Part shown: piece after piece, positions 1 to 12,000 of the stretch | How the letters are laid out: each line of letters starts with the position of its first letter | How positions within the stretch are numbered: the stretch's first letter is position 1 | NCBI GenBank assembly: GCA_003693705.1 | Contig: RBZT01000337.1 | Location: forward strand, 1 to 64,000 | DNA from: Polymyxa betae A26-41 | Taxonomy: Eukaryota; Protista; Endomyxa: Phytomyxea | Direction: 5' to 3' | DNA length: 64,000 nucleotides | Made by a program: the position numbers and the translations under genes | The notes under the pieces: model-generated | Seen by the model: only the letters and a program-made list of their open reading frames with translations | What the model was told of the DNA's origin: nothing | The model's database searches: none

Positions 1-3000
1 ATCCGCTCACTCTGCTACACCCAAAAAATCAACTGCTCACGCTGCTTCAACCAAGAAGTCAGGCACTCATGCTGCTACGGTTAAGCATTCCACGCGTAAG
101 CAAACTTCAGGCCATGCCAGTACATCATCGAAGGCAATTTCCTCAGGTCTGTTGGAATTGAGAAGCCTTCTGCAAACTTGTTAACTAAATTTCTTGTGCA
201 GGATCGCTTAATATCAGTTCATCAGCGCCCTTACCATCCGTGGTGAGCACACAGAATGCTACTTATTCCCCATCGTCTTCACTTTCCTCGAAGATCAGCA
301 GTTCCAAACTCTCCAACAGCAGTTTGTTGTCATCTCCAACGTCATCAATGTCGTCAGGAAATGCTACCTCTATTCCATCATCTTTAGTATCTTTAACAAA
401 TAGCTCTATCAAACCTTCGAATAGCGCATGGAACTCATCTCCAACGTCAACGAGCAATGCTACATATATACCATCGCCCTCAGCCTATAGCACTATCAAA
501 CCCTCTAACAACACGCAGCCATCATCGCCAACAACGAAGCCTACAGGAAATGTAACCTACATCCCAGGGCCTTCGGCTTCTGGAAGTAACAATTTCATAC
601 CATCGAATGGCACACACGCCTCCTCCCCAACGTCATCAAAAAATGCTACGTATATTCCGTCGCCCTCAGCTTATAACACTATCAAACCCTCTAACAGCTC
701 GCAGCCATCATCTCCAACAACGAAGCCTACAGGAAATGCTACCTACATGCCAGGGCCTTCGGCTTCTGGAAATAACAATTTTATACTATTGAATGGCACT
801 CACGCCACCTCCCCAACGTCATCAAAAAATGCTACATATATTCCGTCGCCCTCAGCTTATAACACTATCAAACCCTTTAACAACTCGCAACCATTATCTC
901 CAACAACGAAGCCAGGAAATGCTACCTACATGCCAGGGCCTTCGGCTTCTGGAAATAACAATTTCATACCATTGAATGGCACACACGCCTCATCACCATC
1001 GTCAGCAAAAAATGGAACATTATTTCCGTCGCCCTCAGCTTTTAACACCATCAAACCCTTTAACAACTCGCAGCCATCATCTCCAACAACGAAACCTACA
1101 GGAAGTGCTACCTACATCCCACCGTCTTCGGCTCTTGGAAGTAACAATTTCATACCCATAAATGGCACATGGTCGCCGACCATCATCGGGACCTCACCTC
1201 CTTCCCCGCCCAACTATAATCGTCGCTATTCACGTGCTGACTCTTTCGATTTATGCTTACTGTGTGTGAACAATTCGACCAATGGGACTGTACTCCTGAC
1301 GAATTGGATGAACGAGTTCAAAGGCCTCTTACCCGATTTCGTTTTGATCGTGTCGCGTTTGGCTAACGTTCCGCTTGATCAAGCTCTTGATAGGACCAAA
1401 AAGTTGCATCTGAGCTTGAACTATTTGGCACAGTCTGGCAGCTTGCAGCACAAATCGTTCCCTACTCTCAAGTACCTGTTAGAAATGAATGCTCAATATC
1501 GAAATGATGGCCTTTACGGATCCATTGCCCAGATTTTCTTCCAATTTATAATTGCTCCTCGTTACCGGTCATGTTCTCAGAAAGGTATTCATTTAGCGGT
1601 TTTGTTTCCAACATCTAGTTCAATTGTTATAGGATTTCCAACATGCGGTCTTAGCAATGGCAACTTATTCGACCCCACCAGTTGTTTATTGAGTAATCAT
1701 AGTTATGTTACCAAAGCTCAGTATTTGAATGATATCATTCATGGGACATTATCCTCTCCAGTTCTGTCACATTTCAATAAGAATAAGGTCAGTTCATTAT
1801 TTATCGGGGTCATAAATTCCTAATGCTAAGTGCGCATTTCAGGTTCGGAAAGATCTAAGTGATATCCTGAACAATAACAAGTTCAACGGATCCGAAATTG
1901 TTGATCATGATACCTTCCCTGAAGCTGACTGGATTCAGTCAGAGCTTCAACGCCTTCAACGTAAGGATTATCAGGAGTTGGGATGATTTATCTGACATAT
2001 TTGTAGTTGGAAACGCATCTATAGTGAGTCGTGCCTGGAATGATAGTCTGACCATGCAAGAACGTAGATACTGTGGTCCCAGTTCCACGTTCCAGCCTGT
2101 ACATTATCGGGAATATTTGTAAGGAGCTATAGCACATTCTCTATAAGATTGACCATCTGATTATATTGTTCGCTGACAGGAACGATACTGAGCTCGCTAA
2201 TCCGGTTTCGAAAGACCATATTCTCCAATGTTTGCAATCACGACCAATCGATCAAATTCGATATGATGTGGAACGGTCACTTCTATTCTTAATCAAGGAT
2301 GTAAAGTCTATTCCTGTTGAGAATGCTATTCGAGCTGTTGACGCCTATCTCGGAAGTAACTTAATACGGGCTCTTGACATTGCTGATTTCGCAAACTCGA
2401 CAAAGCTGGCATCGCAGCTTGATCACAGTCTTTTGTCAAGTCAAAATGCTACGTTTATTGCCAGCCGGCTGCTTCCTGTTTTGGCGTCCTCTTGCTATAT
2501 AATCAGAAAGTACCCAGCTGTTGCGAGTCCCATTTTGTCATTGAAACCTTTTCCATCCCCTACCCAGCCTGGTTATATGTTTCTGCAAGAAATTTCTTCT
2601 GAAATCATTTCCAAGTCGGCGGCATACTTCAGCCTCAGCAAGGAGAACACCATGGAATTGCCAAAATATGGAATCAGCCCGGACGTCTTCAATCGATCCA
2701 GTCATTTGATGTCGTCTCTGATGGCTTCATACATGAATACTGAGGAAACGATATCACATCTGGCGCTTCCATCTGTGCTTGAATGCATTCGTCTGCTGAC
2801 TGATGCCAATCCCCCCGTTCATCCTCTCATTGCTGCGGTATTCTGTGGTGAATTTTATCCATTTATCTTGCAGCTTACGGTAAGACATCCACATCACTGT
2901 AATTGTTACTGATTTGCTTTAAACTTAGGGACAAAATGTTGCTGATTTTCATCCTTCCTCTGAGCTCTGTATGCCACCAATGCCGGGCAATCAGCTGGTA

Positions 3001-6000
3001 TCACAGCTGCTAACTATTACATCGGGTAATGTTCGCCGAATTATCAATGGAAATATTCCTGTTCCAATCGAGAACTATCAAATTATGGCTCCAAATCCTC
3101 AAAGCTGCAATCTGACTAGATCGTCAAGCAGACTGACCGATGCTTTATCTTGCTCGTTGCGGTATCTTACCTCTAAGCCCGACATTGTAAAATCTTTTGG
3201 ATTGAAGTTACATTCGTTTCATTCGTTGTTTTCCAGCTCCATGTTACGATCCCAAGTGCGAGCGCCATCAAATGGCTGGTTACTGATTATGGCTTAAATG
3301 CTACAGAAATCGGGACCCTGACATTGGCTTATGACATGACTCTGAATCAGCTGTCACTTGGCTGCAGTGATGCTCGCGCTAATATGAATCCACACACATG
3401 GTTGTTTGCATGCAAATTTTCGGTGATCGCAGCTGAACTAATGTTCCTATAGTGTCGATACGAATAGATTTGCCAACTCCACAATGGGGACCGTTTCTCT
3501 GTTCAGCGGTAACCAGCGGAACGCCCTGAAAGCAATGTTCGTTATATGCTGGTAATCCTGGTATAAAATGCTAAAAAATTGTCCATTCAGGTTGGAATCG
3601 ATTTCCCCTTTCCCTGTGCCGAATTCCAATCGACTTCCTTCGAAAATGAACATGGCATTGCGGCTGGTGACAATGTCGCCTTCCTTCACAATGGACGTTG
3701 CGATGAACGCCAGCTCGATGATTTGGAGCAACTGGAACCAAATCGCAATTCCTTGTGAAAACCCTCAACCGTATGTTTCTGGATTGTTTTTACATTTAGC
3801 CTCTAACCTAATTCAAAAGCCCAAACACAAATGGACCTTTCCAGCCTCCCACGAATGGTCCTTTCCCCTCGAATGGTCCTTTCACGAATGGTCCTTTCCC
3901 CTCGAATGGTCCTTTCACGAATGGTCCTTTCCAGCCTCCAACGAATGTTCCTTCCCCAATAAGGTATCCTGTTTCGCGTTTTGACGGCCTTAGTATCTGT
4001 GCATTCTGCATGAATCTGACTGATATGACTGGAAACGACTTCTTCAATCGGCTTGAACAGCAACTCAACAGCACACTTCCAGCGCTAATGACGTTATTCG
4101 ATAATGAACCCATTTTCTCGCGCTCGAATCGAACCTATATCGATGCAGCTCGCCAGCAGCTCAGGAATGATTTTTCATACTTGCGAAACAATCTGCCTAT
4201 CGATTTACATCGAACAATTCCAAGCCAGAACTCTATCATGCAAGCTTTCTACTCCTCTCGTCCTCAACCACTTTCGCTGGATGATCGAAAGTTACTGGAT
4301 GCGTATGGAGAGGTGGTCGGTACTTTGTACCAAAGTCTGTCTGCGCGCTATTCACAATGCAGATCTAAAGGTAGGGCTTTCGACATTGAAATATGGCACT
4401 TTATCTTACTTTGGATAGGGTTTCCAACCTGTGGAAACCACCCTGGAAGTTTCTTCGATCCCACCACCTGTTTGTTGGCTGATGCGGCGCGAAGAAATTC
4501 GGTCCACAGTGTCACTCGGGGTCAATACCTTGACCGAATCATTAATGGCACGTTGGTGTTTCTACAAGAGCAATCCATCAACAATTCTTCAGTAAGTTCT
4601 TAAGGATGCATGTTCATAAACATTTTGTCAATCATTTTTATCTGCAGATTTTAGCCGGGCTGAAGGCGGCCTTGAAACAGAACAAGTTCGGGGTTGACTC
4701 AAACCACATCATTGACCGTTTCGAATTTCCTGAAGGCGACTGGATTGAGCAGGAGCTCCGACTGAGACAATGTAAGTTACCGATGATTGCCGATGAAATT
4801 GACATTTATTGTTGATTAGCACCATACGCAAAGGCTGTTGCTAATGCATGGAGTCGTCAACTGGCGATCTTTGATCAACAATTCTGCCTTGGTATCGTTG
4901 ACCCGAACATCATGTTCAAACCTGTTAATATTACGTCATTGTAATGTTCATCTGTTTGCGAGCTCAAAAACTGAATATTTTTAAGATTCAATAACTATCT
5001 CATTTCACCTGGATATAACACCCGTCAATGTTTGCGAGCAGTAGGGAGGGATCGACTTCGGGAGCAGATGGAGACCTATTTGCTCTCATCATTGTCTCAC
5101 CACACGTTACCCGGCATTGTTATTGGCAACGCCATTCGATCCGTCGATTCGTTTCTTTCCAAGCAATATGATTCTTTGGCAAATTTATCACTGAACGTTG
5201 GACCATTTCCCACTGTCAGTCAGATTTCAGTTTCTCTGAACTCATCATCGCTTCCTCTTTCGTCTGCATCCATTGTCGCCCAACAGTTTATGACGCTGAT
5301 GGCATCAACTTGCTCCTGGCGTGACCGAAATATCACACTGGGTGATCCAATTATGTACCGCGCATCCAACGTTTCTGATGTCGCAAAATACGTTCGCAAA
5401 ACGATATGGACAAAAATTGATGCGATTAAGCACCTGGTGCCTGTGTTTGCCTTTACCGAACTCGAGGACGGTTTTCGGCCTGAGGAACTGAACACGACGT
5501 CAGCTATCTGGTCGAGTATGTTGAGCTATATGGATAATTCTGATGCCTCAATCGCTACTTTGTCCTTACCATCAGCTGCTGATTGCATGCAGACGATCAA
5601 CGCTAAAACATTGCAGAAACCACTCAATCCTTACACTGTGGCTCTTTTCTGTACCGAATTGGCGTCTGCCATTGCATCAGGAGCAAATCAGCGAGACGCG
5701 CTGCCTATTGATGCTTTACAGCCCTCAGTTCAGCTCTGCTTACCGCCGGATTTGACACCTGTGCAGTTTTACAACAAAGTCGTCAATATTGCTGCTCAAG
5801 TTCAATCAAACATTTTATCTGGTCATATCAATGTCCCAATGGATCAGCAAAACAATTTCCCAATGCCCAGTAATCAACCATGGCCATCATCCTTCCCTCC
5901 CATGGGACCAATGCCAAGTAATAGCTGGTCGCCAATGGGTTCATTCTCTCCTACTCCTGCGCCAAGCGCCAGCTGGTCGCCAATGGGCTCATTCTTTCCT

Positions 6001-9000
6001 ACTCCTGCGCCAAGTGCCAGCTGGTCGCCAATGGGCTCGTTCTCGCCTACTCCTGCTCCTATGGGACCAGCACCATCCCCGAGCTTGTCGCCAAAGAGCC
6101 CGTCCTCTGCCACACCCTCTTCTGCTTTGTTCTCACAATCTATGCATAACCCTTCCTCGTTCCAGCAACCAACTGGAATGAACTCGTTTCTGCCGTTCCC
6201 GTCGAGCCAGAAACCCTTGCAATCCAATAGTCCATCTTCATTTTCGCAAGGCTCTTCGTTTACACCCTCGCCGATGGGTGGTCACACCCCTCCTCCCTTT
6301 GTCCAACAGAGCATGGCACCAACCGTCGGTGTTCCAGCCTATTGTGCTTTGGGTCAAACGCAAGCATCTCGATACGATGGTGCATTGCGGTGCGTTTTGA
6401 AATTTATTACTACATCTCCAGAACTGGTGGGTTTCATTGACTTTGCTCATATCTTTCTCATGAACTCATCACCTTGACAGCGTCACTTAATCATCCCTGG
6501 CGCTGATTCTATGAAATCCACACTCTATTCATATGGGCTACGAATGGATGAAATTAGTGCTGTAATATACTCCTATCAGGCAGCTGTATATCGGCTGGGA
6601 GCTGGATGTGTATATCTACCATCATTGCGTGAGACTGATCCTCTTTGGTAAGTTTGACATTTTTCTATTGATCTGATTCTCAACATTGCTTTCAGCCTCA
6701 AGATCGATCGGTTCTCATTTGCCAATAAGACAATGGCGCTGTTGCCGCCGTATTACGATTTCGGTCAACGCACTGTAATCTCAAACCTGTAACCTCAAAC
6801 GCCTACTTTTTTTTACATTCTCAACTGCATCCAGGCTGAGTTCTATTAGCCGTCAACTTGTTGATCCAGTCATGATAAAAGCTTTGCTACCGGAATCCCT
6901 TTTAGGGATCGGATTGCTAACAGCGTCACCTGGGTTGACTTTCGATGTTGCTGCTAATGCCAGTACCAGCATTTGGCAAATTTGGCGACAATTCGGAATC
7001 GACAGCTGTTTCAGTAATTTACCAGCGATGTAACATTTTGGAGTTTAACCCTTTATGTTTGTGAATAGTCAATTTAGGTCTCCTGCGCCACCTGTCTCAA
7101 ATGGTCCGATTGATCTGTGTCTGAATGTGTTCTCCAATGACATGTTCATTGGCTACACAATGAATGGCTTAGCAGCTGCACAATTCAGTCTTGGTAAATC
7201 CGATTTTCTCACAACTGAAGCCAATTCCAACCCGATGTCTGCAGGCTTCAACCTTGATCTATCTGCTGTTTCTCCGATTGTCTCCAGTGTTCTCAGCGTA
7301 CAGCTGTGGGCATTTGACTCTATCTTCCACCTAAGACGAAGCCGATTACCCTCTATAGATAATCTATCGTTGAGGTTTGGTCCTGATCTGAACGGGGATC
7401 GGACCAAAATGGGCAAAGTTGCTACACTAGTTGCGAAATCCTGGTCGATGATCCCAGAAGCACCATGTAACTCATTGTAAGCACAATTGCTTCTCAAATC
7501 TTGAGCTATCTAATGCTTAACTGAAGGCCAACATTTACTAATCCTCCGTTCCAACAACCGAAGCTTTGTTTCGCTGTGATGCCCACAAGTGACTTCATCT
7601 CGGCGACTGTTAACCAACTGTCGTCAATGATGATTCGAACGGGTTCTGTCGGTGTGGAAGATCCTGTTGCCGCAGCAAATTTCATGGGCAACTGGCTGCA
7701 AACTCAGCCGTATATCAAGCCTTTCCTCGCGCAAGGTAAATTCAAAACTGTATCTTTTTGATGGCGTTTTTGAGTCGTGCTGCTCAGGTCAATTCTACCT
7801 GTCTCCTGATCAAATTCCGCCTCCCGAACAAATATGGCAGTCATTTCAGCAAATGAACTTCACTAAAGACGCCGCCTCTACGATGACTGTATCGCTGTTC
7901 TTGACATGGGGATCAATGAGACAATCGGCATGTTTGAACTCGGCCCCGCCCGTCGTCTTCTACTGCTACATGTTCCCATTAGGAATTATACCGACCACAG
8001 GAATGCAACTTCCGTCCGGTTTGATCTTCGTTAACAACAAGGTTAGTTCTGGATGGTCAAATTCTGCTCATGATTGTAACTTGATTTCTAGATACCTTTG
8101 GAGTTGGCTCAGACTACACTAAATCAGGCTCTACCTGGTCTATTGAGCAATATTGGCGACGCCTTCAAAGTCAAAGACAATCTCCTTCCCTCCATTGACA
8201 CGTTAAGGAACGCATTTATGCCTCTTCTCGCTAACAATCAAACCCGGGCAAGTTCTCTAGCTGAAGCTGTCAATTTCATCTGGCGCAATCAGCCTCGCGC
8301 CGATTGCTCTACGCCGATTGGGTCTCCCCAGCAACTCACACAGCGGCCAGTTCAGCAGGTACCTGGAACTCTCCTCTTTTGCTTCTTATACTGAGCCTGT
8401 ATCTGCTTTAGCTGAATTTATGCGAAGTCCTTTCGGTTTCGGTGTACAAGCGGACATTGGGACGGTTAGCATTATCTTTGCAGGCAGAAACCTCGCTCGC
8501 TTCAGTTGCCTTGACCCCCTCACAAGCTTTGACATTTATTATGCAAGGAATACGACATCTTAACAACAACCAGTAAGCTCTGATCATGGTCACATTATGT
8601 TATGTTTTAACCGAGGTGACAGGTTCTTCTATTCCTCAATGCTGCCTGCGAAGGAAATATTCTTCGCTCAGAACGGCGCGACCTTGTCACAATCCGCTGT
8701 TTTATGGGGTTTGTTGTCAGATACATGGCAATCCATGGCGAACGATTGTCGAAAGTAAGCGCTCAACACCGATTTACATTAGATCGCTGAATCGGCTCCG
8801 TAGCTTATCACCCCTGAGCAATCCAGTTTCAGGCAGATTAGATGTGTCATATGGGGATTATTGCTTCAGCGATGATACCGGTCTTTCCTTCGTTCTTTCC
8901 ACCAAATCAAAACTGTTAGAGAAACTGACCTACGATATCCCCAATGTTGTCGCCTATGCCAACTCAATCGGTGGCAACTTGGATCCAGGAAGCACCCAAT

Positions 9001-12000
9001 TGATGTTCTCGAATGCCGTTAACAATGTCGTCAATGTTCTTCACTCATATAGTCTGGATGTCAATCAGGCATTAACGCAAGGCAACTATCTTCCAAATGA
9101 AGAACAAATGTACTATGCTCTTCTGAACGATATGGCTTCGGGCTCGGACAAACCAGACATCAAAGTTGCCGAGTTTGTCGCGAATCGCGTATGGGTTGTT
9201 TGGAACGAAAAGATTGCTGCCTGCAATGCTGTAAAAACCAAAAAGCAATTAGTCGAATCAAGCCCGCAAATCATCAAGTTACGGGTCGATGAAGCCGGAA
9301 TCAACTTCGCTCGTCTTACGATTGCCTTCAACGCCAGTATCGACCCATTCTCTAATGCGACAATTATTCCGCAGCCAATGATTCGCTATATAGCGTTTTA
9401 TGCTAACCAATCACGAATGTTCCTTGACAAGCCTATGGAGTCATCGTCGTGGATAACACCAGCTATTGGGTTCTGCAATCAAGCCAACTGCTCAGGTTTG
9501 TACGCTTTAAACACATGATTGATTCTTTGGCTAAATCTATTCTCAACAGTTTCTCAATTCGGTTTGAAAGACTCGACCACATACCAGATCTGCCTGAAAC
9601 TACGAAACCAATTTTCGGGAGTGGAATCAAACTCGACTTGCACTGAGATGGCAACCCGAATTGATCCTAATTCGTGCCGAGCTCCCATTTTGGCAGCTAG
9701 CAATCTTTGCAGCTCCGTCACCGGTGGAATTACCGTCTCCAGCAACAGCTTCGATGCCGGTAGTCAGTATCAAATGCTCAGTAACATTCTGTGCCATCGT
9801 GCTCCGGTTCCTTGTATGCAAGCCTTGGTCAACGTCTCGACCTGTATGGATCCACAACGCGATCCTTTGGCGCGTCTCATTCAAGACGATTGCACGGCTG
9901 CTCTTAATCTGCCATTGAACCAACCGTGTGAGATTGTCACAGCCCTGAACGCCACGTATTTCGCTCACTCTTGCAATAACCTGGGGATGCGATTCTCTTT
10001 TATTTGCCAACAAGTTGTTGCATGGCAATCATCTATGGCTCAGGCGTGCTCGACGTCCGCCTGCAATGTGACTCGATCATTCACTGATGTTTGCTCATCT
10101 CCATATCCGGTTGCCTCCTGTTCACCACAATGTCGTGACTCTATGAGAATTCATGCCGAATCTTGTATCGATCCGAAGATGCAGCTTGCAACTGGCAATA
10201 CGTTAACCGATCTAAGAGCAATCGTAAGCTGTGCGAGTATTCTTTCATCCATTGACTGATAACTTTTAGCGACAACGTCTGTCACAAGCGACAGTTGATT
10301 GTGATTTCAACTGCAGCCCGGGCCGAGTCGCATCGGTACTATCAAAATGTTTGATCACGGGAAGCACGTTTCCCATGGGCACGCCATGCTCTGCTTCATG
10401 TGCTACTGAGCTCGACCAATATTTGAACAGATGCGGCCGAAACTTGTTTGCATCTATCGGAATGTCTCAAAGCAGCGTAAGTGACAGTTTGTGGCTAGTT
10501 TCTTAAAAAAAAATTGAAACTCGACAGGTTTTGGCGTTCCAAAGCAAATGTGCAAGTGATAACGCTCTGGTGAATGTTCCAACCCCTGTACTTCAACCGA
10601 TATCTGGGACGATCTTGAGCTGGAATCCCATCAGCAATCCATCGCCCATCTTTTTCACTATTTTTAAAGGAAATTCTGATGGAATGGTGTCACAACTGAA
10701 TCCAGTACCGCTGTTCGGGGTAAACCAGTTCAATCTGGCCAATCTGATCCCGAATGGCAACACTGTTCATCTATTTGTTGTGGCGTCGTATAGATCTCAG
10801 TCTGGAACAATGTCATACAGTATACCATCATCAACTGTTACCTACACAGCACCAAAACTATCTGCTCTACAGCCTGCTCCTCTTTATGTCTTATCACGTT
10901 CATCATCATCAGCTATTATCGCTTTGAATGGTCTAGCTCCTGATGCTGACAACATTGTGGTTCGTGTTCTTCATACTCAGTCAGGCTCCTATCGGGTAAA
11001 CGTCTATTTCTTGGTCTCTAATTGCATCTTGCTGATTCTTATGTGTACAGGATATTATTATGCAGAATACGGGATCGATGAAGCTCACCATAGACTCTCT
11101 ATCACCACTAACGACGTATTCCATTCGCTGGCGATTCGATACAGCAACGATGGATTTGTCGCCTTTCTCAATGGAAACCAGATTCACCACATTCAGTATC
11201 GCTCCTGATACGCTGTCGCAAATCTCGGTTGCATCATGCTCATCTTCATCGTGCATAATTTCCATCACAACACCTGCTGTGGCTTCTGGCGGTGGTGCTC
11301 TTAAGAGCTGTCGACTGAACGTTGGCTCGTCTCTCGCTTTCGGATTCCCTTGTACAACTCCCTCGACGACAATGAACCTTACAATACCTCAGCTGACTCC
11401 ATCAACATCCTATTCAATTCAAGGATTTGTTCGAGACATCTACGACGTTGACAGCTCTGGATCTAGCACTGTTGTTGCGACAACATCTGCCAAGCTTGCG
11501 GCTGTGACTTCTTTCCAAGCTGCAGATCCCACCAATCGAGATAACGCCTACGGAGTGGGAGACACGCTTACAATCGACTTTGACAGCAATGCACAGAACA
11601 CTGTCCCCTATATCTATTCTATTGTTCCAAATACTGGACTCATTGGACGGCTCTACAGCAATTTGTCAGTGTCGACTTCTTGGCCCTTACAAACTCGTGT
11701 CATTCTGACGGCTACGGGAGCACCATTCGATGTCGTACCTCTTCCTGCTCAGTCTTGTTCTTCATCAACACCGCAACAAATCGGCAGTCCTCCAACACAG
11801 GCCTGTATCACATTAGGCGGTAACTTTGGTGAATATGTTCCGACTCTGGTAATTATTTTCTTCCTGTTTGGTAGAGCTCACTGACTGCTTGAACAGCCTC
11901 AAACAACTCGTGTGAACGTTGATAGCACCAAAGTATATCTGTTCAGTAACAGTGTTGTATCCCTCTATCAAGGAACTGTCGCCTTGTTGAAGTTTCTGGC

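Noticed and set aside
3829-3955. Short regularly spaced repeats resembling a CRISPR array; ORF track reads HEWSFPLEWSF (+) or KGPF/ERTIR (-)
   Set aside because: No unique spacers and a eukaryotic context. The frame joined to the flanking exons reads (NGPF)n, so the other frames are shadows.
6894-6910. Inverted repeat atccct-ttt-agggat
   Set aside because: Lies inside a coding exon (PESLLGI) and is too short to imply function.
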